Source: Thermoplasmatota archaeon | Lineage (GTDB): Archaea > Thermoplasmatota > E2 > JACPAO01 > JAHFTW01 | DNA: 64,000 nucleotides | Direction of reading: 5' to 3' | Assembly (NCBI GenBank): GCA_041601615.1 | Contig: JBFIHX010000005.1 | Location: 40,774 to 104,773, forward strand | Part shown: positions 51,493 to 61,072 of the stretch, piece after piece | Numbering within the stretch: position 1 is the stretch's first letter | Layout: each line of letters opens with the position of its first letter | Position numbers and translations under genes: made by a program | The notes under the pieces: generated by a model | Told to the model about the DNA's origin: nothing | Databases searched by the model: none | The model's input: the letters and a program-made list of their open reading frames with translations, nothing else

Positions 51493-54406
51493 CAAAGGCT
51501 CCCTTCACGTAATTTTCAACCATTTCCTTGTACCATGCCCAGTCCACGGTGTGCTCCTGTTTGTGCTCGATGATGTAGTCCACGGGCCACATGTACTCAA
51601 TGGGCTTGATGCCGGACTTGCGGGGCTTCTTGATTTGAAGATTGTAGCCGCTCGTGGCAAGTTTTTGCTTGGTGTCCGTCTGTACTTTTGGATCGTGGTA
51701 CAGGGGCAGCGGGTCCTTGCAGATGACGAATTTGAATTTGCGGCCCTGTCGGATCGGCTCTCCCAGTAGGTGCTCGACGGCGATGGTGCGCACGGCGAAC
51801 GTGGAGAGGGTGCCGTCGGGGTTCGGCTTGTAGCTACGCACCGGTTGGACACTCTGGCGAAGCACCAGATCCTCCCATGGCGTCTCGTGGATGTGCACGC
51901 CGCTCATGACGTCCTTGGTGGCGCGCTTGATGGCGGTCTTCATGCGCTCGCGGGCGTCTTCTTCCTCGGTCCAACTGGACACTTCCAGGAGCGCCTTTTT
52001 CATGATGGGGTGCAGGAGTTTCTGGGCGAGCGGCGCCTTGTCGCTGCCCTTGAAGTTGTTGCCCTTGGTCTCCATCACCAACTCGTCGCCCTTGGTTTTG
52101 AACTTGAGGTAGTTCTTGTGGACGATGAACACCATAGCGTCGTACTGTTCCGCCTCCAACTCGAAGTCCTCGTAGTCGAGCTCCTTGCGCCAGCGTAGAT
52201 TCGCGGTCTCGACGGCCTTGAGCGCCTTATCTGGGAGTGTAATCCAGGAATCAGCGTCTGGTAGCTCGTCGGCGCCCACGGCGGCGGCCAAGTGCGGTAA
52301 ATTGCCGACGGATTTGCTGCATCCAAGGTAGATGCCATCCGTGTCGCCATACACCACTCGGATGCCTTCCTTCTCGAAGTCCTCGCGGGTCTCGTGCAGC
52401 ACTTTTTGGCCAATGGTGGTGATGTTGGCGCCGCCCCAGACGTTGAATTGACGGCACGAGACGTTGACTGCCACGAGAATGCCGTGGGTGCCAGCGTTGC
52501 GGGCGGCCTTGAGGCTCGCGTAGGTCATGTCGAGGATACGGATCTGGTCCTTGTCGGCGCCCGTGCGTTTGGCCTCGGCGCGGGCGTTCTTGACCTTCTG
52601 AATGGTGTCCAAAATCCCCGTCATGGCGGAGTTGACGAGGCCGTCTTCGGCGCGGTGCTTGACGCCGATCATCCAGCCACGGCCCCGCGTGAACGTCTCT
52701 GCGGGCAGGGGTCGGCGCACTTCGTAGCGACCCGATTCCGCAAAGCCAGGCTCCAAGTCCATGAGCCAAATCCAATCGTCCACTTTCTCGCCCTTGCGCG
52801 CCGGCTGCACGGTGTCGGCGGTGAGGTTCTGGGCCTTGAGGATCGTCGGATACATGGCGCCCACGTCTGCTTCGACGACGTGGAACCAGGGGACGAAGTG
52901 GCTCTGGAGGTCGCTGTCGGGCTTCAGCGTCAGGCCGCCGACGATGGCATAGCCGTGCGGGTTGTCCTTTCCGCCGTTGGAGCGGCTGATGACGCCCGGG
53001 TGCTCGACCCAGAACGGCATTTCGGGGCCCTGCTTGGCCACACGCAAGAACTCTTTCTCGGCAGCCTCGGGGCCTGCGGTGAGCACGGCCTGGGACACGT
53101 CTTCGCGGGTGGGAAAGTCGTCGTAGGGAATGGCGCGTTGGACGCTGCGAGCAATGCTCTGGGCGCGGCACGTGGCGGGCATGATGCGGCGCTGGCGGCG
53201 GGCACGCAGGAAGGCCATGTGGTCCCACATTTTCGTATTGCCACCGGTCAAGAGGCTGTCCAGGGGCATGTTGACGGTGAAGCCGAGCGGGAGCGCCTGG
53301 GTAAGGAGAATTTGCGTAATGCCGAGTTGCTCTTGCACGTCGTGCTTGTTGTACTGGAGTGTCTTGGCGTCGAGGCCCATGTTGGCGGCCTCCATGTAGA
53401 CGCGGCCCGGCACCTCGACGCCGAGCCAGGGAGCCAAGCCCTTGAGCGTGAAATCGTCATGGAAGAAGTAGAATTTGCGCGCCGCGTGGAATGTGTCCAG
53501 CGTCGTGGGGTGAAACACGCTGATGTCGCTGCTGCTTCCGAAGTGGAAGGAACGGTCTTTGCGGCTCCAGGTGTCCGTGAATTCGTTGAACCAGGACCGC
53601 ATGCCCTTGCTCAGGAACTCCTGCTTTTGGTCGCGGGCCAAGAACGACCCGATGCGGTTGCGGATTTGCAGGTTGTCGAAGCCCAGAACGTTGTGGCCCG
53701 CAATGATGTCGTGCGTCACCGATTTTTGGGTGAACTGCATCAAGTTGTCCAGTTCATCATCCTCGTTGTGCGCCACCAATTGGACGACTTCCTTGCCGAG
53801 GTAGTCTTGGTCCATGTCCGTGAGCCGGAAGTCGAATGCCTCCGTTTCCAAGTCCTTGCTTGCTTCGTACTTGACGTCGAAATCCGCGTACCCAATGACG
53901 TCGATGGGGATCTCCTTCTTGCCCGAGCCGTACTCCGTGGTCTCGATGTCGTACGTCAAAACGGAGAGCTGTGCCGGCTTGCCTTTCGTGTCCCAGAGCC
54001 ACCAGTCATGCTCGGCGCCAAGGTCTCCAAGGGCGCGCTCGATGTAGGGAATGTCGTGCTCGGCTGTGTAGAAGCCGTGGTCCCAGAACAAGCGGTCGGA
54101 CACTTCCGGCACCCAGTACGGCCGCTTGCAGGTGACGGGAATCACCTTGCGGCTGCGGTTGTGGTCCCAAAACGACTGGTATGAGAGCGGTTCGCCCACT
54201 TCCAAGACTTTCGACAGGTCCTCTGAGTTCGGGTCGCCGCCGCGAGCCTCATCCACTGCCGCAAGCAACCGAGTGCGAGCATCCGCGACCGATTCGTCGC
54301 CCCGGGGCCATGCCAGGAAGGCCGGCGCGTGCAGTCCCGCCAGGGGTTGCGGGTCCCGTCCCTGCCAAAACAGGTGGGTGTTGGAGGCGTTCAGCAGCGG
54401 CTGCAC
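51440..54406 (-). CDS. polB: DNA polymerase B (family B replicative polymerase, no intein)
   Basis: Exonuclease and polymerase motifs (...DVGAMYPTILK..., ...YGDTDGIYL...). 988 aa. GTG start at 54406. Confidence 0.9.
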   Translation of the reverse strand: MQPLLNASNTHLFWQGRDPQPLAGLHAPAFLAWPRGDESVADARTRLLAAVDEARGGDPNSEDLSKVLEVGEPLSYQSFWDHNRSRKVIPVTCKRPYWVPEVSDRLFWDHGFYTAEHDIPYIERALGDLGAEHDWWLWDTKGKPAQLSVLTYDIETTEYGSGKKEIPIDVIGYADFDVKYEASKDLETEAFDFRLTDMDQDYLGKEVVQLVAHNEDDELDNLMQFTQKSVTHDIIAGHNVLGFDNLQIRNRIGSFLARDQKQEFLSKGMRSWFNEFTDTWSRKDRSFHFGSSSDISVFHPTTLDTFHAARKFYFFHDDFTLKGLAPWLGVEVPGRVYMEAANMGLDAKTLQYNKHDVQEQLGITQILLTQALPLGFTVNMPLDSLLTGGNTKMWDHMAFLRARRQRRIMPATCRAQSIARSVQRAIPYDDFPTREDVSQAVLTAGPEAAEKEFLRVAKQGPEMPFWVEHPGVISRSNGGKDNPHGYAIVGGLTLKPDSDLQSHFVPWFHVVEADVGAMYPTILKAQNLTADTVQPARKGEKVDDWIWLMDLEPGFAESGRYEVRRPLPAETFTRGRGWMIGVKHRAEDGLVNSAMTGILDTIQKVKNARAEAKRTGADKDQIRILDMTYASLKAARNAGTHGILVAVNVSCRQFNVWGGANITTIGQKVLHETREDFEKEGIRVVYGDTDGIYLGCSKSVGNLPHLAAAVGADELPDADSWITLPDKALKAVETANLRWRKELDYEDFELEAEQYDAMVFIVHKNYLKFKTKGDELVMETKGNNFKGSDKAPLAQKLLHPIMKKALLEVSSWTEEEDARERMKTAIKRATKDVMSGVHIHETPWEDLVLRQSVQPVRSYKPNPDGTLSTFAVRTIAVEHLLGEPIRQGRKFKFVICKDPLPLYHDPKVQTDTKQKLATSGYNLQIKKPRKSGIKPIEYMWPVDYIIEHKQEHTVDWAWYKEMVENYVKGAFGFDSLELAVQRDLSSWF

Positions 54407-54460
54407 GGGTGCCGCAGTGGGGGGTCGGCCAAGAAGGTACGGGCCGGAGGGGCCAGGTGC

Positions 54461-55195
54461 TTACGGCGCCGGCGCCATGAGTCCGCCGCCCTCGTCGTCG
54501 TCATCTTCGCCAAAATCATCGTCTGGGTCTGGGTCTCCAAGTTCGCCTTGGGCATTGACAAACAAGCACGGGCCAAGGTCCTCTAGGTTCAACTCGTCGC
54601 CCAGCCGGCGGCCTGCCATGAGTTGGCAACGCGTAACACCCACAGGAGCGACGAAGTGGCCGCCATCGCGCAACTGCGACAACAGCATATGCGGAATCGT
54701 AGGAATCGCACAGGTGATGTAGATGGCATCGAACGGCGCCTCTGCCTCAATGCCCAGCGCTCCGTCACCTTGGATGACACGCACGTCGATGCCGGTTGAT
54801 TCAAGGTTGCGCGCCGCCCACTCGGCAAGCTCGGGCAAATATTCGATCGAAAACACCCGACCGGTTTCGCCAACGATTTGCTTGACCACGGCAGCGTGGT
54901 AGCCGACTCCGGTGCCGACCTCCAACACCTTCTGCCCTGTCTCCAACTGGAGTGCCGCAGTCATCATCGCCACCATGTGTGGCGCACTGATCGTCTGGCC
55001 AAAGCCCACAGGCAACGGCCGATCCTCGTATGCGTGCTCACGCAGTTCGGCGGGCAAGAACATGTGCCGGGGAACGGCCAGCATCGCTTCTTCCAGGCGC
55101 GGATCGGTCAGGTAGCCGTCCACCTCCAACCGCTGGAGCAAGGTTTCACGCTCCTCAAGTCGTTCGGCGGGCAGGGAGTCCTGCATAGGTACCAA
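54461..55195 (-). CDS. pcm: Protein-L-isoaspartate O-methyltransferase with an acidic C-terminal tail
   Basis: SAM-binding VLEVGTGVGYHAAV, PIMT family. C-terminal DPDPDDDFGEDDDDEGGG tail. Confidence 0.8.
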   Translation of the reverse strand: MVPMQDSLPAERLEERETLLQRLEVDGYLTDPRLEEAMLAVPRHMFLPAELREHAYEDRPLPVGFGQTISAPHMVAMMTAALQLETGQKVLEVGTGVGYHAAVVKQIVGETGRVFSIEYLPELAEWAARNLESTGIDVRVIQGDGALGIEAEAPFDAIYITCAIPTIPHMLLSQLRDGGHFVAPVGVTRCQLMAGRRLGDELNLEDLGPCLFVNAQGELGDPDPDDDFGEDDDDEGGGLMAPAP

Positions 55196-55268
55196 TGCGC
55201 ACCCGTTTGTTTTAGGGTGTTGGGGCCGGGCCGTCAGGGGCCTCGGTTTTGTCCCAATTTGCCAAGAT

Positions 55269-56486
55269 TCAGGCAGCGCGCAGGAGTTCCCGCACCTTCT
55301 CTTGCAGGACTCGGGTCGGCACGTCTGGCAACGACAGCAGTTGCGTCGTTCCGGCGTGGCCGCGACCGCTCATCTTGGAGTACAGGAACCCGGCGTCCTG
55401 GAGTTGCTTGAGGTACTTCCAGAACTGCGTGTGGGCACGGGGCTGCTCGCCGTGTTCCTCGCAGAGAATGTTGTATGCCTCCTCGACGCTACCGGTGGTG
55501 GCATAGGCGCCTTGGTCGCGTTCGAGTCGGTGCGCCAGCGCCATCAACACCAAGAGCGGATGCTTCTGGAGATTCTGGAGCTTGCTCGTGGTGACGACGC
55601 TGTAGGTGTATGCCTTGGCGGTACGCACATCGTCGGGCGTAACGCGGTCGCGCAGTTCATCGTCTGCGTTCTGCCCCGACTTGGACAGAAGCTCAATGGC
55701 AAGACGTGCGTCACCGGGGCCACTGCGGGCTTCGCCGGCCGCTTCTCCTGCGATGTCGGCAATCAGGCTGACGCAGTCCGGTTCCACGGAGCCGGGATGG
55801 AATGCTAGGTCCACGCGTTGCTGGATGATGGGCTCCATTTGGTCCTGGGTGTACGGCTGAACCTGGTAGGAATTGCTGCGCTTGAACGTGGAAAGTGCGG
55901 CTTCGTCCAAGAGTTCCAGGACGTTTTGCTGGCTTACCAGAATGAGGCTGATGCCGACCCAAGCTTGCCCGGTTTCGTCGTTGAACCGGGTCAAATCGTA
56001 CACGAGGTTGCTGCCGTCGGCGCGCAAGAGTGCGTCCACTTCGTCGAGGATGACGAGAAGGTGGCAGTCGCGGCGCTCCAAGTGGCGGCGCAAGTCGCGC
56101 ATCATCTCGCCGACGCTGAAGCCGCGCTCGGGGTAGTTTGGCTCGAAGTGGTTCAGGATGCCCAGCATGGCCAAGGACGCAGATTTGCGTCGGCGGCAAT
56201 TGACGTGGACCGATTCCATGCGCCGCCCTTTCTTGGCAAGCGCCCCTCCGAAGTCCTGGGCAAACCGCTTGGCCACCGCGGTCTTGCCGGTGCCCACGGG
56301 GCCCCAGACGAGCGCGTGCTCCCGCGTGCCTCCTTGCGTGAGGCCTCGGTAGGTGCGGGCAAGAAAGCGCATGGCGTCCTCGCGGTTGGGCAGTTCCTCG
56401 GGGACGTAGTCGAAATCGAGCTTGACGCGATCGCTGAAGACCGTGGGGCCGCCCAACTCCTCCTCGACGAGGCTCATCATTGGCAT
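55269..56486 (-). CDS. orc1: Orc1/Cdc6 replication initiator
   Basis: AAA+ Walker A (VWGPVGTGKTAVAK), Walker B (LVILDEVD) and a C-terminal winged helix. First ATG at 56486; GTG at 56504. Confidence 0.85.
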   Translation of the reverse strand: MPMMSLVEEELGGPTVFSDRVKLDFDYVPEELPNREDAMRFLARTYRGLTQGGTREHALVWGPVGTGKTAVAKRFAQDFGGALAKKGRRMESVHVNCRRRKSASLAMLGILNHFEPNYPERGFSVGEMMRDLRRHLERRDCHLLVILDEVDALLRADGSNLVYDLTRFNDETGQAWVGISLILVSQQNVLELLDEAALSTFKRSNSYQVQPYTQDQMEPIIQQRVDLAFHPGSVEPDCVSLIADIAGEAAGEARSGPGDARLAIELLSKSGQNADDELRDRVTPDDVRTAKAYTYSVVTTSKLQNLQKHPLLVLMALAHRLERDQGAYATTGSVEEAYNILCEEHGEQPRAHTQFWKYLKQLQDAGFLYSKMSGRGHAGTTQLLSLPDVPTRVLQEKVRELLRAA

Positions 56487-56585
56487 GGAGGCCGGCGGAG
56501 GCACTTGAGGTCATTCGTTCTGCTCCAGGGGTCAGCGAAAGCACTCGGGCCATGTCTCAAATGCCCGCGCCCCCTGCAAAGCCCA

Positions 56586-57728
56586 ATGCCGGGCCCCTCG
56601 ACCAAGGCCGTCCACGCGGGAGAACGACCCCACGAAAGCGGCTCGCTCAACACGCCCGTGGTCGCTTCCACCACGTTCCGATTTCCCGAGATGCCCGATG
56701 GCTCCCCGTCCCGGTACATCTACAGCCGCTACGACAACCCGACCGTGCAAGTGCTCGAAGACAAAGTCGCCGCGCTCGAAGGAGCCGAACCCGGCAGCAG
56801 TCTTGCATTCGCCTCCGGCCTCGGCGCCGAGCAAGCGATTTTCGGCGCGTTTCTGCACCCCGGCGACACCATCGTACACCAGCAAGGCATCTACGGCGGC
56901 ACCACCGCGCTTCTTGCCAACCAATTTGCAGCACGCGGCGTTCAGGTGCACGCAGCCGGCCGAGACGCGCCCGACGCACTGCCCGCCGGCACCCGGCTCG
57001 TGTGGATCGAATCCATCACGAATCCGCTCCTGCACAAGACCGACGTATCCGCCTGGGCCGCCCTCGCGCACAAACACGGCGCCCTCCTTTGCGTAGACGC
57101 CACCTTCGCGTCCCCGATCCTGCAACGGCCCCTGGAACTTGGCGCCGACATGGTACTGCACAGCGCCACCAAGTACCTCGGCGGCCACTCCGATGTCACC
57201 GCCGGCGTCATCACCCTGCGACCCGAACTGCGCGACGCCGTCTGGACCGCCCGCCGTGACCAAGGCGCCACCCTCGACCCCCACGCCGCCGACCGCGTCC
57301 TTCGAGGCATCAAAACCCTCGCCCTGCGCATGGAACGACACACCCGCAACGCTGCCCGCCTCGCCCAAGCCGCCCGGGCGGACGCCCCCGGCACCGTCCA
57401 CGCCGTGCACCACCCCGCGCCTTGTGGCATGCTCACCCTCGATTTGGGATCCCTTGAAGCGGCCCAAGCGTTCCGACGCGCCCTCCACGTCATTGTGCCC
57501 GCCGCAAGCCTCGGCGGCGTCGAGAGCCTCGTCAGCCTCCCCGTCGAAACCAGCCACGCCTACGCCAGCGCCGAAGCCCGCGCCGCCATGGGTGTGACCG
57601 ACGGCCTCGTGCGCATCAGCGTCGGCATCGAAGACCCCGAAGATCTCCTGGAAGACCTCGGGCGGGGCCTCACCGCAGCAGCCACCGCCACCCCCGACCC
57701 CGCCGCTCGACCCCAAACCGCCATCTGA
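56586..57728 (+). CDS. Cys/Met-metabolism PLP-dependent enzyme (cystathionine gamma-synthase/beta-lyase family)
   Basis: PLP-lysine context (LHSATKYLGGHSDVTAGV) and family-typical N-terminus (KAVHAGE...). The track ORF's N-terminal 256 aa are antisense to orc1 and are discarded. Confidence 0.8.
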   Translation: MPGPSTKAVHAGERPHESGSLNTPVVASTTFRFPEMPDGSPSRYIYSRYDNPTVQVLEDKVAALEGAEPGSSLAFASGLGAEQAIFGAFLHPGDTIVHQQGIYGGTTALLANQFAARGVQVHAAGRDAPDALPAGTRLVWIESITNPLLHKTDVSAWAALAHKHGALLCVDATFASPILQRPLELGADMVLHSATKYLGGHSDVTAGVITLRPELRDAVWTARRDQGATLDPHAADRVLRGIKTLALRMERHTRNAARLAQAARADAPGTVHAVHHPAPCGMLTLDLGSLEAAQAFRRALHVIVPAASLGGVESLVSLPVETSHAYASAEARAAMGVTDGLVRISVGIEDPEDLLEDLGRGLTAAATATPDPAARPQTAI

Positions 57729-57780
57729 CGCATCGGCCACCACCGAAGCAGCCAAGAGCCAACGCCACAACGGGGGCCCC

Positions 57781-58098
57781 ATGGTCCAAGCCGCATGGAT
57801 GAAACAGGCGCTGCTAGCGGTCGTCCCCGACGCCGACGTGCACCCCACGGACCTCACCGGAGGCGGCGACCACTGGCACGTCGTCCTCGTCGCCGCATCC
57901 TTCGAGGGCCAACGCAGCTTCCAGCGCCAAAAACCCATCCTGGCCGCCATGACGCCCTACTTCCAAACCGGCGCCGTCCATGCCCTCGACCTCAAATGCA
58001 TCACGCCCACGGAGCTGGCGGACAAATTTGAGGGAAAGCTGCCCATTCCGTTCGTGCCGCACCAACAAGGCGAAGGGATGCACCCGAACGACTGGTAA
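57781..58098 (+). CDS. BolA-family protein
   Basis: ...GGGDHWHVVLVAASFEGQRSFQRQKPILAAM...GAVHALDLKCITPTE fits the BolA fold signature. Confidence 0.6.
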   Translation: MVQAAWMKQALLAVVPDADVHPTDLTGGGDHWHVVLVAASFEGQRSFQRQKPILAAMTPYFQTGAVHALDLKCITPTELADKFEGKLPIPFVPHQQGEGMHPNDW

Positions 58099-58298
58099 CG
58101 CGCCGATTCCACTCGTTCGAGCCGACGGCTAGGTGCGCCGGAACCCGAACGCGGGGCATGGACCACGTCAACTTCGAAGAAATAGGCCTGTTTTGGAACA
58201 CGCTTTGGGCTGTGGGGCTGGCTCTGGTTGCACACCACGTTTTCGTGTGATATGTGCCGGGGCTGAGACTTATCGCGTATAAGTGCCGAGGTGTTGCA

Positions 58299-59375
58299 CT
58301 AATCAGCGAGGGCTTGCCGGAACACATCCTGCAAAAACCGCGTGCTGATGCGGTACTCGGCGCCTTTTTTGTCACCGCGTCGCTCCAAGAATCCGTCACT
58401 GGTCAGGGTCGCAAGCGCCTTGCTCATGCCGCTGCCGCTGTGGCCGCCGTCATTGGGAAAATCCCTGCGTGCAAACCAATCGCCGTCGCCACCGATGGCC
58501 CACAACGCCATGTTGCGCGCCGACTGGCTGTGCAGACCGTCTAGGTAGGGCTTGAGGTCGCCCAGATGGACCGCGTCCGTGTATGCCCGCTTCAGTTGCC
58601 GTGCGAAGTACCGGGTCCAGACGTGCCAGGTCCTGCCGTCATTCGTGCTGCGGATCGCGTCGTAATAACGCTCGCCGCTGCGAAAAAAGCGGGCGTCGAG
58701 CGGTACCAGGCCGATGTTCTGGAACCCCAGCCACTTCAGGACGTGCGCGTTCAGCAGACGCCCGATGCGCCCGTTGCCGTCGTGAAACGGATGGATGCCC
58801 TGAAACTCGGCAAAAAACATCGCCGCCACCGACACGGGCTCGCCCTTGTACTGATATGCTGCGAGCCACGCACACAGCGCGTCCAATTCCTGACGGGTGC
58901 GTTCCGGTGGAGTCGCCACGAAGGTCCATACACCCGGCATGGGCCCGACGCCGTTCTGGGCGACTTTGAGGCGGCCCGGGCCGAACTCGTCGTTCTGACC
59001 CGCGTAGATGCTCCCGTGCAGGGCACAGATCGAATCCGTCGTCAGGGGCGCAAGCTCACTGCGCTGGGTCTCGTGGATGTGCTGGTACTCACGGGCAAAC
59101 CGAAGGGTCTCCAGTTCTGACTGGGTCGTGGGGGTCGAGCCGTCGAAGATCTGCCTGGCCCTGCCAAAATCGATGAGCACGCCCTCCTGGCGCAAACTGC
59201 TGACCACATTGCGAAGACGCGCCATGGTGAGAACGGCCCGGTGCAGGTTCTGGCTCAATACGCCGTCGTCGAGCTTGCCATCCAGGCGCAGGCATTGCCG
59301 GCCTGGGCTGACCACCGCCACGTCTGAAGGAATGCGTGGGCGGAAGCCGTCGGAGGTGTCTGCCTTCACCTGCAC
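58299..59375 (-). CDS. Fic-family protein (AMPylator-like), with an N-terminal wHTH-like region
   Basis: Canonical Fic motif HPFHDGNGRIGR. Confidence 0.7.
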   Translation of the reverse strand: MQVKADTSDGFRPRIPSDVAVVSPGRQCLRLDGKLDDGVLSQNLHRAVLTMARLRNVVSSLRQEGVLIDFGRARQIFDGSTPTTQSELETLRFAREYQHIHETQRSELAPLTTDSICALHGSIYAGQNDEFGPGRLKVAQNGVGPMPGVWTFVATPPERTRQELDALCAWLAAYQYKGEPVSVAAMFFAEFQGIHPFHDGNGRIGRLLNAHVLKWLGFQNIGLVPLDARFFRSGERYYDAIRSTNDGRTWHVWTRYFARQLKRAYTDAVHLGDLKPYLDGLHSQSARNMALWAIGGDGDWFARRDFPNDGGHSGSGMSKALATLTSDGFLERRGDKKGAEYRISTRFLQDVFRQALAD

Positions 59376-59475
59376 GAAGATATGTATAAAATAAGCATAT
59401 CATAGCATTTGCGTATGGCCAGGCGCTTATGCTCCGGCGCAAACGCTCAAGTCCCGCCGCCCCGACTGACCCCTC

Positions 59476-59859
59476 ATGGACATCCCAATGGCCGGTGCTC
59501 CCGCCGCCGCCCCGACTGCCAACTTCGCCCTCACGCCCGAGCAAAAGCAGGAGTGGGACGACCTCATCGCCAGCAACGACCTCGTGTTGTTCATGAAGGG
59601 CACCCCGGACGCGCCCCAGTGTGGCTTCAGTGCCCGCGCCGCCGGCGTGCTGCAGCACCTGGAGCGCCCCTTTGCGCACGTGAACATGTTCGCGCAGCCG
59701 GACCCGCGACAAGCCATCCAAGCCATTGCCGAGTGGTCCCAATTCCCGACCCTTCCGCAGGTCTACGTCAAGGGTGAACTCATCGGCGGCAGCGACATTG
59801 CGTTGGAGATGTTGGAAAGCGGCGAACTGAGTGAGATGCTGGGCGAAGCCCAGGATTGA
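59476..59859 (+). CDS. Monothiol glutaredoxin (CGFS type, Grx4/GrxD-like)
   Basis: CGFS active site (GTPDAPQCGFSARAAGVL) and a conserved C-terminal helix. Confidence 0.8.
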   Translation: MDIPMAGAPAAAPTANFALTPEQKQEWDDLIASNDLVLFMKGTPDAPQCGFSARAAGVLQHLERPFAHVNMFAQPDPRQAIQAIAEWSQFPTLPQVYVKGELIGGSDIALEMLESGELSEMLGEAQD

Positions 59860-60044
59860 GCGAGGGAGCCGCTTTCTTTGCTGCTGTGCCGCCAGGTGCA
59901 GCACGCTGGAGAGTGGCGAACTGGAGGATGTGTTGGGCGAAGCCCAGGATTGAGCGAGGAAGCCGCTTTCTTTGCTGCTGTGCCGCCAGGTGCAGCACGC
60001 TGGAGAGTGGCGAGCTGGAGGATGTGCTGGGCGAAGCCAGCTAA
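59860..60044 (+). repeat. Two tandem copies of about 94 and 91 bp, each ending with an echo of the grx 3' end (LESGELEDVLGEAQD* and LESGELEDVLGEAS*)
   Basis: The gene end ...ttggaaagcggcgaactgagtgagatgctgggcgaagcccaggattga recurs as ...ctggagagtggcga(a/g)ctggaggatgtg(t/c)tgggcgaagcc(caggattga/agctaa) at the end of each unit. Confidence 0.8.
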
Positions 60045-60100
60045 ATCCGTCCCCCGCCCGCGCCCGCAGCGACCAAGTACCCTTGCCGCAAGTGGGCGCC

Positions 60101-61003
60101 ATGCGTGGGTGGTCCACTGTTTGCATTGTCACGTCTGCAGTCGTCTTGTTTGCCGGTTGCATCGGGGCCGGCGATGCAGGGCCGGACCTGCCGGAACTTA
60201 CTTGGGCTCCAACTTACACGGTCACGACGACGCCATTGGAGCCGTTCGAACTCCAAGGAACCAACGTCTTCGGCTACGACGCGACACGCCCCTCCAACCG
60301 GGCACTGTTCGTGCAAAACGAAGATGACATGGCTAGGCGAAACGTCCGCGTCGACGGCACTTGGTACACCACCGATGAAGGCAGAGGATGGACCCGCTAC
60401 GCAAACCAAGTGGATCTGGACGCAAGCTCCCGAGCCCACCGCATCCAAACCTGGGACCTGCGCGGACTCGTCGAGTCGGCAAGCACCGCCGAATGGACGG
60501 GCTACGAACTGCTCACCTCCACGCGCGTCACCGCCAACGGCCGCACCGAGACCGTCACGGTTCACGCAGCACTGGACGGCGGGCGCGTGGTGTCTGCCTC
60601 CATCGACAGCCCGTTTGACCCGGAATCCCCCTACACGGTCGTCGCCGGCGGCACCCTGCCATTCTCCATTCGAGCCCCCGCCACTGCAACCTTGACACGC
60701 TCCGAAGCCAACGATGGAGACGCAACAGCTCGCTCCCGCCACGCCCAAATCATCGGCTGGATCGACGATTACCGCACCCAAACTGGCGCCTTGCCGCGCT
60801 CCATCGACGCCCAAACGCTCGCCGTTCAGCGCCTAGGAGCCGCTTGGCCAACCAATCCGTTTAGTAATGAAGCGATGCGGGACGCCGATTCCAGCGGACA
60901 TTTCATTTGGAAATATTGTTCTGCTCAAAACGCATCATACAGGGGCCTGGGATGGGATAAAAGTCCCATTGGTGAAAGTTTTGGCACAGGTTGTTCAAAT
61001 TGA
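60101..61003 (+). CDS. Secreted lipoprotein, hypothetical
   Basis: MRGWSTVCIVTSAVVLFAGCIG has a signal peptide with a lipobox Cys. No recognised catalytic motif. Confidence 0.5.
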   Translation: MRGWSTVCIVTSAVVLFAGCIGAGDAGPDLPELTWAPTYTVTTTPLEPFELQGTNVFGYDATRPSNRALFVQNEDDMARRNVRVDGTWYTTDEGRGWTRYANQVDLDASSRAHRIQTWDLRGLVESASTAEWTGYELLTSTRVTANGRTETVTVHAALDGGRVVSASIDSPFDPESPYTVVAGGTLPFSIRAPATATLTRSEANDGDATARSRHAQIIGWIDDYRTQTGALPRSIDAQTLAVQRLGAAWPTNPFSNEAMRDADSSGHFIWKYCSAQNASYRGLGWDKSPIGESFGTGCSN

Positions 61004-61072
61004 GCACTTATCCCTAGTACGGGGACCAAAACCACGCAAACCACTAAGAACGAACTGTCGGGTCGTTGCCGC

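Noticed and set aside
55818-56585. N-terminal 256 aa of the 636-aa track ORF 55818..57728
   Set aside because: This part is antisense to orc1/cdc6. The PLP-enzyme homology starts only at the internal Met at 56586 (MPGPSTKAVHAGE).
56505-56585. ORB/mini-ORB origin elements next to orc1
   Set aside because: No convincing TCCA...GGAA-type inverted elements are visible in either short flank. This is left as an open question in the findings.
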